Shown here: piece by piece, positions 1-12,050 of the stretch | Layout of the letters: every line of letters begins with the position of its first letter | How positions within the stretch are numbered: the stretch's first letter is position 1 | NCBI RefSeq assembly: GCF_963921235.1 | Contig: NC_086097.1 | Location: 155,064,001 to 155,128,000 of the forward strand | Reading direction: 5' to 3' | DNA: 64,000 bases | Source: Mobula hypostoma | Taxonomy: Eukaryota | Position numbers and translations under genes: made by a program | Notes under the pieces: model-generated | The model's database searches: none | Seen by the model: the letters and a program-made list of their open reading frames with translations, nothing else | What the model was told of the DNA's origin: nothing

Positions 1-3000
1 GCCATAATGTTGGAGACTACCCAGACAGAATATAAGGTGTTGCTCCTCCTACCTGAGTGTGGCTTCATCGCAACAGTAGAAGAGTCCATGGACTGACATG
101 TCAGAATGGGAATGGGAAGTGGATTTAAAAGGGGCTTCCACTGGGAGATCCTGCTTTTTCTGGCAGACAGAGCATAAGTGCTAGGCGAAGCAGTCTCCCA
201 ATCAACATCAGGTCTCACCAATATACAGGGGACCCCACTGGGATCACTGAATACAATAGATGACCCCAACAGACTTACAGGTGAAGTGTTGCCTCACCTG
301 GAAGGACTGTTTGGGGCCCTGAATGGTAGTTAGGGAGAAGGTGAATTGGCAGGGGTGGCACTTGTTCCGTTTGCAAGCTAGTGCAAATCAGTAGAGTGGG
401 ACGAATGGACAAGGGAGTCACGTAGGGACCGATCCCTACGGAAAGCAGAAAGTGGGGGGAGGGACAGATGTGTTTGCTGGTGGGATCCCATTGGAAATGG
501 CGGAATTTAAGGAGCATTATATACTGGTGGGGTGGTAGGTGAGGACAAGAGGAACCATATAACTAGTGGGGTGACGGGAGGATGGGGTGAGGGCAGATGT
601 GCACGAAATGGAAGAGATGTGGTTGAGGGTAGCATTAATGGTGGAGGAAGGGATGCCCTTTCATTGAAGAAGGAGAACCTCTCCTTCGTTCTGGAATGAA
701 AAGCCTCATCCTGAGAGCAGATACAGCAGAGATGGAGAACTGAGAGAAGGGGGTGGCAAGTAACAGGGTGGGAAGAGGTATAGTTGATGAAGTTGACGAG
801 CTCCATGTGGGTGCAGGAGGCAGCAGCGACGCAGTCATCAATGTAACGAAGGAAAAATTGGGGAGTGACACCAGTGTAGGTTTGGAACATAGACTGTTCC
901 ACATAGCCGACAAAAAGGCAGCTTAGCCAAGATCCACAAGAGTATCCATGGCTACACCTTTTATTTAAAGGAAGTGGGAGGAGCCAAAGAAAAAATTATT
1001 GAGAGTGAGGACCAGATCTGCCAGACAGAGGAGAGAGGTGAAGGGGAACTGGTTGGGTCTGGTGTCCAGAAAGAAGCAGAGAGCATTGAGGCTTTCTTGC
1101 TGAGGGATGGAGGTGAATAGGGTCTGGACATCCATAGTGCAAATGAGATGACCAGGGCCAAGAAACCTGAAGTCATTGAAAAGATCAAGAGCGTGTTAAG
1201 TGTCACAGATGTAGGTAAGAAGGGGCTGAACTAGGGGGAATAAAACAGTCAAGGTATGCAGATATAAGTTCATGGGGGCCAGAACAATCCGAAACAATGG
1301 GTCTACCTGCACAGGCAGGATTATAGATCTTGCGAAAGAGGAAAAAACGGGAGGTGCAGTGTAAGGAAGCTATGAGGTTGTTGGTAGTGGATAGGAGATC
1401 CCCAAAGTTAATAAGGCCAGTGTGTCACGGTCCCGACTGTTAATTCCCCATTTTCTCCTAATTTCCTTTGATTGTGTGACGTTCTCGACCATTAATTCCC
1501 CATTTTCTCCTAATTCCCTCTGATGGCGGCACACCTGGTTCTCAACAAGACCTGCAGCATAAAAACCCCAGCTTTGCATCCACTTGTTGCCAGCTCATTG
1601 TTTAGCCAGTGTGATAATTAATCTTCCCAGCTGCTTAGGATTGTGTATTCTAAGTTTTACTTCAGTACCGAGGTTTACCTGGGTAACTCCATTTCTCCGT
1701 GTCAAGATAAGGATTCTAAGTTTTATTTCAGCACCAAGGTTTACCTGTGTAACTCAGTATCTCCGTATCAAGAAAAGTATTGTCTACCGCTTGCCTTTCT
1801 ACGCTCCGTATCAAGATAAGTTTTGCCTGCCACCTGTTTTCCGTTCAGTGCCAGCAACGCCCTATGTCAAGATAAGTTCTGCCTGCCTCCTGCTTTCCCA
1901 TTCACCCTCCGGTTTGCTGTTCAGCTCCAGCCACTCTCACACCCTCGTCTGCATCTTAACTCAATCTCCATGCCAGTGTCCTGTGTTTGGGTTCACCCTG
2001 TTCTTTGCAGCACAGTGATGGTGCGGGAGACAATGGCCTGATGCTCCTGCGTGGGGTCCAGTTAAAGAGGTGTCTGAGTGTTATCACTGGGCCTCAGCGA
2101 GGTAGATGGTGGTCCGCCAGACTAATGCAGCATCTCCACCCCCCCCGCCAGCCCCCATCTGCAGGTTTGATGGTGAGGTGAGGATTAGTGCGGAGAGTGT
2201 GGAGAAGCAGCCTGTTTGGAAAGTGTGAGGTTTGAATTGGAGAGTGGTGTAGTAAAATCGAGACAGTGGATGTCTCGTCAGCAGTTAACAATGAAAAGAT
2301 CCAGAGCAGGCAGAAGACCAGAGCAATGTGTTTCGGGAAGAGGAGGGTTGAAGATGGGAGAAAGGGTCATTGATGCCAGCTGGAGAATCCTTGCCAAAGA
2401 AGTGGGCACGGAGACAGAAGAAGAGCTCAGCATCACGGTGGGAGCGGAACTCACTGAGGTGTGGGTGCAAGGGGACAAAGCTAAGGCTCTTGCTGAGGAT
2501 GGAATATGCTGCCTCAGAGGGGGGAAGGTCAGAGGCAATTGTGAAGACCTGGCATGAATGAGAGCTGGAATCAGATGGCGGAAGAGGGTTGGTAATGTTT
2601 GAGGAGAGGGGAGGGTTGGGGTGTTCAGGGAAGGTGGGGTGAGAGGAAGATGGCGTCTCCAAGGACCCGAGATCTGGCCATGGGACCTGAGAGACACAGG
2701 GTTGCAGAGTGGTGGTGGGGGAAGGGAAGGCTGGGATTCCAGCAGCAGCGCATAAAGACCTGGCCCGGAGGTGCTGTCAGTCTAGGTCCAGGCTGGAATC
2801 AGGGTTGGAAATTACTGGCACTTAGAAGATAGTTGGGGTCGTTGGAACCAACATTGGTTGTAGTGGAGTTTGGGTTCTGAATCTGCTCAGGACCATTAAA
2901 ACCATTAAGGTTGGCAGCAGGGATCACGGTCTGGGAATGTCCATGGCTGCCAATGTTGGAAACGGTAGGTTCTGCAGTCTGTAGATAGGCAATCTTCCAA

Positions 3001-3644
3001 TCCTTGATGGATGTGAGAAAGGCAACGAGCTGGTGATTGAAAATGTGGATCCAACAGAGGATAAATTATCCGACAGGTCCATTGCAGGCAGCGGAGAGAG
3101 AATCCTGGAGTTGTGAAGTGACTGGGATAGGGACCCAGGTTACCTCCTTATGGCAGAAATAGTGCGTAGAACATGGTGGGAGAAGCAGTCAATTGAATGT
3201 GAGTACCTGGGGTCCGCAGAGGGTCCGAATCATGAAGCTTGGACACAGACCTGAAAGCCATATAGCACAAGATGGTGATGAAGTCATGCTCCCAGGGTGG
3301 ATGCGTGACTGTGGTAGCGGGTCTGAGTGAGCCCATGGTCGAAGAGTTATAGGACAGCAGAAATCAGAGAGAGAGGGATCAATGAGAGAGGGTTTCACTG
3401 AACTCCCATCGAAAGGAAGTTCATATTTCTTCAGGGTAGACATCCCAGGAAGACACTCCTCAATGTAGAGGTCCAATCACAAACAAGAGAAAATATGCAG
3501 ATGCTGGAATCAAAGGAATACACACAAAATGCTGGAGGACTCTGCAGGCCAGGCATCATCTACGAAAAAGAGTAAACCGTTGACGTTTCGGGCTGAGACC
3601 ATTCATTAGGAGTGGAAAAAAAGAGTTGACATTTCGGGCCAAGA
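1..3644 (-). mobile_element. Penelope-like retroelement (RT + GIY-YIG), degenerate; upstream direct pseudo-LTR at about 3477-3644; continues past the window start
   Basis: ORF 507..902 contains the PLE RT motif FFLRYIDDC. ORF 2285..2662 'SILSKSLSFVP' is typical of the PLE N-terminal region. Bases 1-500 closely match the GIY-YIG end of the 9110..10006 ORF. 3477-3610 resembles the pLTR tail of the other copies. Many frameshifts and stops. Confidence 0.9.
1423..2012. mobile_element. Solo LTR inserted into the Penelope element
   Basis: Starts TGTCACGG and ends CA. 5-bp TSD CAGTG at 1418-1422 and 2013-2017. The Penelope sequence rejoins when it is removed. Internal ~33-bp duplication (about 1440-1473 and 1492-1524). 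Confidence 0.8.
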
Positions 3645-5303
3645 AGCCTGTACTCCTAGTCCCTCTATTCCATTATAGTCTCTAGTGCTCTACCAGTCAC
3701 AGTATAAATTCTATACTGGTTTGACTTTCCAAAACGTATCTCCTCACTCTTATCTATATTGAAATTCTTTTGCCACTTCTTGGCCTGGTTTCCTAACAGA
3801 TCAAAATTCCTCCGCAATCTGTGATAATCTTTTTCACTCTCAACAATACCTCTTGATTTTGTGTCATTTGCAAATTTGCTGATCAAGTCTTGTGCCTTGA
3901 AATCCTTATCATTTATATCAATGATTAATAAGGATCGCCCAGTCAGATTCTGTACCCTGCCACTGAGCCAATCCACCTAATTAGCTCTGCCTGAATTCCA
4001 TGGCTCTAACTTTCCAGACAGCCTGTTAGGTGAGACCTTGTTGAAGATCTTGCTGAAGTCCAAATAGACAATGTTCACTGTCCTACCCTCATCTAACCTT
4101 TTGGTTACTTCTATGAAATTTATAAGATTCCCCAGACATGACTTCTCATACTGACTCCTTCTAATGAGACTCTGTCGATTCAAAGGTTGGTAGATGCTGC
4201 CCTCAGAATTCCCTACTACTAATGGAAGGCTAACAAGCTTATAGTTCCTTGGCTTTCCTTTGCTACTCTTCTTAAACAATTGAATAACATAACCACCATG
4301 TAGTCTTTAGGAAGTTCACCAGTGGCTAACAATGAAGCAAATATCTCTACAAGGGGCTCTACAATTTCTTCGCTAACCCCCCAAAAAGTCTGAGAACGTA
4401 TTCAGTTGGGCCTGAGTGATTTATCCATCTTAATGCACCGGAAGGCTGCAAACACATCTTACTTAGTAAAATGAATTTTCACCAAAGCATCTCCACTTGT
4501 TTCCCTTATATCTTAAGTAACCACAACTTTCTCCTCAGTAAATACTGCGGAAAAATATTTGTTAAAAATCCCACCCATCTCCTGCAGTTCAAGACGTAGG
4601 CTGTCCTGCTAATCTCTATGGAGACCTACTCTCTAGTTAGGCACTCTTTTAATATAGCTATAGAATCTCTTGGGATTTTCCTCATCCTAATGACCTCCTG
4701 ATTTCCCTCTTAAGTTTATTCTTAATCTTTCGACATTAATCAAAGGGTTCAATCATCCGCAACCAAATAAACCAAATGCATGTTTCTTTTTTTCTTGATC
4801 AGAGCCTCAATATCTCTAATCAGCCATGGTTGACTAAATTTGCAAGGTTTACCTTCACCCCAACAGGAACATGCTTTCCCTGGACTCATCATATCTCACT
4901 CTTAAAAGTCTCTAATTTCCCAATCGTTCCTTTCTCTTCAAATAATCTCTCAAAATGTAACTTTTCTAAATGCTAACTTACTGACTCAAAGTTATTCCTG
5001 CTCTAGTTTGGGACCTTTACCTATGGACCTGCCCTATCTTTCTCCATCACTGTTTAAAAACTAATACAATTATGGTCGCTAGAGCCAAGGTGCTCCCTGA
5101 CTGCCATCTCAATGGCTTGTCCTGCCTCATTTCCGAAGAGAGACCCTCCCAGTTTGGGCCCCGTATGTATTGACTCAGGAAACTTTTCTGGAAACATTTC
5201 TCAGATTCCACCCTCTGCATGTCCTTAACACTCTGGGTAGCTCAGTCAATACCAGGGAAATTAAAATTTCCCACTAATATAACCCTGTCATTCTTACAAC
5301 TGT

Positions 5304-8300
5304 GAGTCACTGACTCTTGAGAATTTGGATAAAACAGGTTTAATTTGAAAAGAAAAAATTTGAAATGTTAAGAAATCTAAACGTATATGTTTATAGAACA
5401 AGGTCTCAGCAATCAAGCAATATTTCGGTGCAACCTCCTGATTTTGAAATTTTTTTCATAAAATATGTGTTTTCCCTGTCATTAATTTTTGTCCACAGTC
5501 AGACAAAATAAGAAGCTATTTATTCCTATTTATTCAGTCTTATATAGATTTTGAGCTTTTAAATCATTGTGTCTACACCATAGGTACACATATATGCTGT
5601 TAAATGTTGAATATTCACTTTTGTTCATTTTTTATACTATTTCACGTGTACTCCTTTAAAAACTCTTTCATCATGCAACTTTTAACATTAGCGTTAAATA
5701 TACAAAATAACAATTTTGGACATACAGTAAAAACACATTTGTAATTTTAAAGAGACAATTACATTAATAAATCAGCTGTTATGGAGGAACAGATTGTAAG
5801 CATATTAACTTAAAACAAAGAAAGTTCCATCTGACGGTGGTGACTGCGACCTGACGGTGGTGGCAGTGGCCTAATTACAACAAACAATTCCAACCTTTTC
5901 ACCACTCAAGTCAATGCTTCCTTGCTTAACAACTTTATTTAACAATTTGGTACAACAAATAACAATTTGTCATGTATATTTTATCCTTCTGTAAATATTA
6001 ATAACAACAGTAAACAGCAAAATAAAAACTACAGTACAACTGCAATGTTTAAGCATAAACATCAGAAAACACACCAGGAACTAAAAAAATCCATCTCTTT
6101 CTGGGCTTGAAAATCTTCAAAAACGTTCAGTCATCTTTATCAGGAGGTAGATGATTAATATGCTCCTCCTCTATGAAGTCCATGACTTCAGCAGACAGGT
6201 GGTAGATCTCTCTCGTCCTGCTTGCACGACCCGGTGATGATGCCTCCATCAGTTTGACCAGAATATCTTCAACTGGTACGAAGCACATATCCTTTCCACC
6301 TGGTTTTGGATGGAAGCGTGTGTTGGGCCCATGAGGGTGGAAAAACTCCACTTGAACATCTTGATGATGAGCATCCACAGTGACAGCCTTTGCTAACCAT
6401 CAATTTTGGTCATAAATGACTGCAAGCCAATCTCCACAATTAATGACACCAGCAGATATATCTGTCGAAGCCCGTCAGGACCACTCTGGGGTTCCTGCTC
6501 CATTTCCTCCATCAGCATTGCCAAAGGCCCTCTGTTCTTTCCCATTGTGGTAGAGCCATCATTCTCCTCAGCCTGTACACTGGCATGTGTATTTTTAGTC
6601 AACTGAAATGTTGTTGGGCTGAAACACTGGCACATCTGTGGCTCACTACAGAAACATGACAATGATCTGCAACAGATGCTGTTTCCGTAAGGTATCAGCT
6701 GATGGATTTTCCTCGTTGCTGGTACAGGTTTTAGTGGTTGAGAAAGGAGTGCATCATATGTCTGTATGTCCCCTTCAGCAATACGATAGAGCTGAGTACT
6801 GCAAAGCCTTCTCCCAACCACCTCATGGAAGATTTTGCTTCCCTGTAGCATCTGCTCTGTTTTTTTTCCTTGGTGATTCTTGTGTTTTTTATATTTCTAG
6901 TTTGCTCTTGTTGCCAACGCTTTTTCAGTGTGTTCCTAACTTTTATTATCTCTTGAAGTTTATTTTTCAAAGCTTTCATCTCTCTCAAGTATCTTGCTCT
7001 TGTTTTCTTTCTTTCCCTTTCCCCTGCTATAGACTGCCTACTGTGAGCTGGCTCCTGTATAGTCTGATCCAACGGACTATCTGGGGGAGTTTCTGGGTGT
7101 TCTGGGTCCTTTCTCTTATGCTTTCTTGACTCTTGCTGTCTGCATTTCCATGCCTTTCTCTTACTCCTCTTTTCCCTTTCATTCAAATCACTGATAGTTT
7201 TTATCTTCCCATCCTCTACTCTCTTTTTCCATCTTTGCTTTTCCTTTCTCAGGTATTCCTCCTTTAACTCTGGCTCTCTATAAACTTTCTCTCTCCACTT
7301 TTTTTGGTATTCCCTGTTTCTTGTCCTTCACTCCTCCACTGATAGCTGCTACCTAGCCATAACTTCCTAAAATACATAAAAGGAAGGTCAAAATTTAATG
7401 GAATTACTATGAAATTGTACAAAATTACTAAGAATTTAATTATGTTTAATTTGGTGAAATTTTATAAAATGATTATGAAATGGTGCAACTAAATTCATTT
7501 ATGGTTTTAGTCATTGGGGATACATATAGTAAGGAAATATTGTAGGCCTGTGTGTGGAAGAATTAAAGGGGAAAATATGTATATTATAAATAAAGGTTAA
7601 TGAAACATTACAAGCCATATTACTATTTATTATGATCATAAATTATATTCAAGCCTTCACTGAGGATGATTTGGATGTTTTTGCTAACACCATCAAACCA
7701 TGTGTCACCACCACCAGACAGAAAACCTGACGCGGCAGATGTCCAACAGTGGTGACAAAAACACACTTTTTTACATGACACACATGAGTTGTATACAGGA
7801 GCCATCTTGTTCCCTCTGTTGCTAGCTGCCTCTGGGCTCTACTTAAAATGCATAAATTTATGTCATAATTTAAAATAATTCTTTCAATACAAAAGAGACA
7901 TTGTTGACACATCATGGTTGTGACAGTAACAACATCAATAACTATGTAAAAAATATTGAAAAAATAGCAAACTTACAGGAGCTTGTTTGACCTTGTTGCA
8001 TTTAGCAGATGTAGAGGGTGGAAAGGGGGTCCTCAGGAATATAGTCGACCACGTGGTTGCCTGATTTTATTGCTTTTTTTTATATAAATATCTGACAGTG
8101 CTGACAAAAACTTGGGACACATTTTGAGCAACCACAAAATAAGAGTAAAGATTGTAGAAAATTCACTGCTTTTAGTTTTAAGGAGGTTTTTCACTCTATT
8201 CTTTCATCTGGCGTATATATATTATACATTTTAAATGATTTTTCCACATGTTTTTTATCAAATTGAAATGATAATCTCTTGTCTGAGGACAACTGATTTT

Positions 8301-8498
8301 GTGGGTACTGGGCTATCATACAATCATATAATCTATAAAATTAAAAATAAATATATGAAAAAACATTTCATTTGTGCAAAAGACCCTCAGGTGATCAGCG
8401 CTGATTATTTTAAATAAGAAAATGCTATTCATTTTCAATGGAATTAGCACTTTTCTTAGTAGGACATTTTCTCGCCCGTCTCAAAAATCAGCGGAATA
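5304..8498 (-). mobile_element. Internally deleted DNA transposon, Sola2-like
   Basis: AT-rich insert interrupting a CR1. Left end GAGTCACTGACTCTTGAGA; right end TCTCAAAAATCAGCGGAATA is an imperfect inverted match. Repeated CTGACRGTGSTGAC-like motifs at 5831, 5851, 7704 (reverse) and 8092. Transposase-like N- and C-terminal remnants. No clean TSD found. Confidence 0.65.
6127..7360 (-). pseudogene. Transposase remnant: basic coiled-coil N-terminus joined to the C-terminal 'PVPATRKIHQ...RSLSCFC' region; catalytic core missing
   Basis: ATG at 7360 (preceded by an acceptor-like TTTTAG) is in frame with ORF 6731..7186 but has two early stops. ORFs 6393..6851 and 6127..6378 carry C-terminal motifs I associate with Sola2-type transposases. 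Confidence 0.6.
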
Positions 8499-8780
8499 AT
8501 TTTTCTATACATCTGAACCTCATGTTCCCACTGACTGTTGGTGTGGTCTACAGTACGGCCTTACAATAACAGTCAGAAGACATAGCCATTTGGTCCATTG
8601 AGGCCACTCTGACATTCAGTCTTATGTTGATTTATTTTCATCTTTCAACCCATTCTCCAGACGTGTCACCGTAACCTTTTATGTTCTTACTAATCAAGAT
8701 CCTATCAACCTCCCCTTAAAATATACATCAAAGTTGCTGGTGAACGCAGCAGGCCAAGCAGCATCTATAGGAAGAGGCAC

Positions 8781-8816
8781 AGTCGACGTTTCAGGCCGAG
8801 ACCCTTCGTCAGGACT
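8781..8816 (-). ncRNA. Minimal type-I hammerhead ribozyme motif in the Penelope pLTR, core intact
   Basis: Minus strand reads AGTC-CTGACGA-AGGGTCTCGGCCT-GAAA-CGTC^GACT: stem I AGUC/GACU, core CUGANGA and GAAA, palindromic ACGU stem III, GUC cleavage triplet. Confidence 0.85.
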
Positions 8817-10577
8817 AACTGAAGGAAGAGTGAGTAAGGGATTTGAAAGCTGGAGGGGGAGGGGGAGATGCAAAATGATAGGAGAAGACAGGAGGGGGAG
8901 GGATAGAGCCAAGAGCTGGACAGGTGATAGGCAAAAGGGGATACGAGAGGATCATGGGACAGGAGGCCCAGGGAGAAAGAAAAGGGGGGGGGACCCAGAG
9001 GATGGGCAAGGGGTATATTCAGAGGGACAGAGGGAGAAAAAGGAGAGTGAGAGAAAGAATGTGTGCATAAAAATGAGTAACAGATAGGGTACGAGGGGGA
9101 GGTGGGGCCTTAGCGGAAGTTAGAGAAGTCAATGTTCATGCCATCAGGTTGGAGGCTACCCAGACGGAATATAAGGTGTTGTTCCTCCAACCTGAGTGTG
9201 GCTTCATCTTTACAGTAGAGGAGGCCATGGATAGACATGTCAGAATGGGAATGGGATGTGGAATTAAAATGTGTGGCCACTGGGAGATCCTGCTTTCTCT
9301 GGCGGACAGAGCGTAGATGTTCAGCAAAGCGGTCTCCCAGTCTGCGTCGGGTCTCACCAATATATAAAAGGCCACATCGGGAGCACCGGACGCAGTATAT
9401 CACCCCAGTCGACTCACAGGTGAAGTGTTGCCTCACCTGGAACGACTGTTTGGGGCCCTGAATGGTGGTAAGGGAGGAAGTGTAAGGGCATGTGTAGCAC
9501 TTGTTCCGCTTACACGGATAAGTGCCAGGAGGGAGATCAGTGGGGAGGGATGGGGGGGGACGAATGGACAAGGGAGTTGTGTAGGGAGCGATCCCTGCAG
9601 AATGCAGAGAGAGTGGGGGAGGGAAAGATGTGCTTAGTGGTGGGATCCCGTTGGAGGTGGCGGAAGTTACGGAGAATAATATGTTGGACCCGGAGGCTGG
9701 TGGGGTGGTAGGTGAGGACCAGGGGAACCCTATTCCTAGTGGGGTGGTGGGAGGATGGAGTGAGAGCAGATGTACATGAAATGGGGGAGATGCGTTTAAG
9801 AGCAGAGTTGATAGTGGAGAAAGGGAAGCCCCTTTCTTTAAAAAAGGAAGACATCTCCCTCGTCCTAGAATGAAAAGCCTCATCCTGAGAGCAGATGCGG
9901 CGGAGACGGAGGAATTGCGAGAAGGGGATGGCGTTTTTGCAAGAGACAGGGTGAGAAGAGGAATAGTCCAGATAGCTGTGAGAGTCAGTAGGCTTATAGT
10001 AGACATCAGTGGATAAGCTGTCTCCAGAGACAGAGACAGAAAGATCTAGAAAGGGGAGGGAGGTGTCGGAAATGGACCAGGTAAACTTTCGCCAGAGAAA
10101 GCAGGATCTCCCAGTGGCCACACATTTTAATTCCACATCCCATTCCCATTCTGACATGTCTATCCACGGCCTCCTCTACTGTAAAGATGAAGCCACACTC
10201 AGGTTGGAGGAACAACACCTTATATTCCGTCTGGGTAGCCTCCAACCTGATGGCATGAACATCGACTTCTCTAACTTCCGCTAAGGCCCCACCTCCCCCT
10301 CGTACCCCATCTGTTACTCATTTTTATACACACATTCTTTCTCTCACTCTCCTTTTTCTCCGTCTGTCCCTCTGAATATACCTCTTGCCCATCCTCTGGG
10401 TCACCCCCCCCCGTCTTTCTTCCCGGACCTCCTGTCCCATGATCCTCTCGTATCCCCTTTTGCCTATCACCTGTCCAGCTCTTGGCTCTATCCCTCCCCC
10501 TCCTGTCTTCTCCTATCATTTTGCATCTCCCCCTCCCCCTCCAGCTTTCAAATCCCTTACTCACTCTTCCTTCAGTT

Positions 10578-10613
10578 AGTCCTGACGAAGGGTCTCGGCC
10601 TGAAACATCGACT
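10578..10613 (+). ncRNA. Hammerhead ribozyme motif in the inverted pLTR, stem III mutated
   Basis: AGTC-CTGACGA-AGGGTCTCGGCCT-GAAA-CATC-GACT; ACGT has become ACAT (CpG-type decay). Confidence 0.7.
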
Positions 10614-10849
10614 GCGCCTCTTCCTATAGATGCTGCTTGGCCTGCTGCGTTCACCAGCAACTTTGATGTATGTTGCTTGAATTTCCAGCATCTGCAGAAT
10701 TCCTGTTGTTTCCCCTTAAAATATATCCACCAGACTCATGGTACCCTTCTTGTTCCTAAGTTCTTCCCTCACTGGATGATGTCTCAAAGCACTGTTTTTA
10801 TGTCCTCTCTTATAAAAAAGACAACACCCCCTCCATGGCTATAACATCC

Positions 10850-12050
10850 CAGTCCTCAGAGCCAATCCACAGATTGAGTTGATCTGCTTTACCCGTTCAT
10901 CTTCCTGCATTAAAATGAATATAGTTTAAACGAGTGTTCCTTTTCCTGCCTTTACTGTACCTCTGGCTATCCTGATGATTAAACTTCCTCATGCAGGCTG
11001 CTGCTTTATCCTATGACTTGCTGCTGCCAATCTAGTTGAAATCCTTTCTTGTAGCATCAGCAAACTTGCCTGCAAGGACATTGATCCCTCACTTGATCAA
11101 GTACAACCTATTCCTTTACTCCAGGAAAAAATCCCAATGTTGAAAGGAATTGAATTTCTGTGTGTCCCCACCCCCACACTAGCTCCTCAGCTATGAATTA
11201 ATCTAATCTATCTTCCCATATTGGATCTTGGTAGTATGTGGAACTGAGCATAATCTACAGATGACTTTCCTTGAGGTCCTGCTTCTCAATGTCATTTTGT
11301 GAGACCTCATCCCTTGTTCTCCCTACACAATACCAACATGTACATCTTCCCCCTCAAGAATATTCTGCAGCTGCTTAGAAACATCCTTGATCCTGGCACC
11401 TGGGAAACATCACACCATCCTGATAACTCTTCTGAAGCCACAGAATCTCCTATCCATTCCCCTAGCTATCAAATGTCCTATTATTAATACCTTGTCTAAC
11501 TGCACCCTTTCACTTTGTGCATCAGAGCCTTTCACAGTGCCAGAGACCTGACTTGTGCTTCTAGACCCTGAAAAATCATTCACCCACCCCTTTCCCCCCA
11601 AATTATTCAAACAGGCATACTTGTTACTGAGGGGAATGACCACAGGAGAACTCTGCACTGTTTGCCTCGACTCTTTGCTTCTCATGGCATTTATCCATCT
11701 AACAGAAGACTGTACCTTCCGTGTGACCACCACAGAAAAATGTCTCATTGATGATCTTCTAAGAATTTCAGATATTCCTGAGTACACCTAACTGCAGCTC
11801 TAGTTCCTTGATCTGATTTGTCAGGAGTTGCACATGGGTGTACCTTCCCACAGATGGAAATTGTATAGTTCCCTGATTTCCCTCATCTTGCAGAAAGAAC
11901 ACTCCACTGACCAAACTGCCATCCTGACAACTCTGAGTTCAGTGCTAAGGATGAACAGAACTTTTTTTTAAATTACCTGTGCATCCTCACTGTGGTTTTT
12001 CCAGCCAAAACCTCAAATCTCCACACTTACACTGGCTTTTTTTCCATAAT
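10850..12050 (-). mobile_element. CR1 LINE 5' region (ORF1 esterase-like remnant)
   Basis: ORF 11410..11787 'VVIPLSNKYACL...VLIIGHLIARGMDRRFCG' resembles CR1 ORF1 (SGNH/GDS region). Confidence 0.7.

Larger units (their letters stand above)
3662..8560 (-). mobile_element. CR1-type LINE ORF2 fragments (APE endonuclease/RT), split by the Sola2-like insertion
   Basis: ORFs 3665..3976 (SKFANDTK, ~KFADDTK) and 3977..4279 (NYKLVSL, YLDFSKIFNKV). Endonuclease sequence near 5260-5303 (VGNFNFPGID) resumes at about 8497-8555. Confidence 0.85.
8726..10710 (-). mobile_element. 5'-truncated Penelope-like element with an inverted pseudo-LTR and a 15-bp TSD
   Basis: GIY-YIG domain 'VIYCVRCSRCGLLYIGET...HFNSTSH...GMNIDF' (ORF 9110..10006) and RT C-terminus (ORF 9537..10157). 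Inverted arms at about 8723-9304 and 10090-10670. TSD TCCCCTTAAAATATA at 8711-8725 and 10711-10725. Confidence 0.95.

Noticed and set aside
8723..10670. Long inverted repeat as a fold-back assembly or chimeric-read artefact
   Set aside because: The arms differ at several positions and have unequal ends, and the unit is flanked by a perfect 15-bp TSD, as expected for a real insertion.
8694..10844. Short ORFs in the pLTRs (MLVNAAGQAAS..., MALSLPLLSSP...) as genes
   Set aside because: They are incidental frames in the repeated non-coding tail and recur wherever the repeat does.
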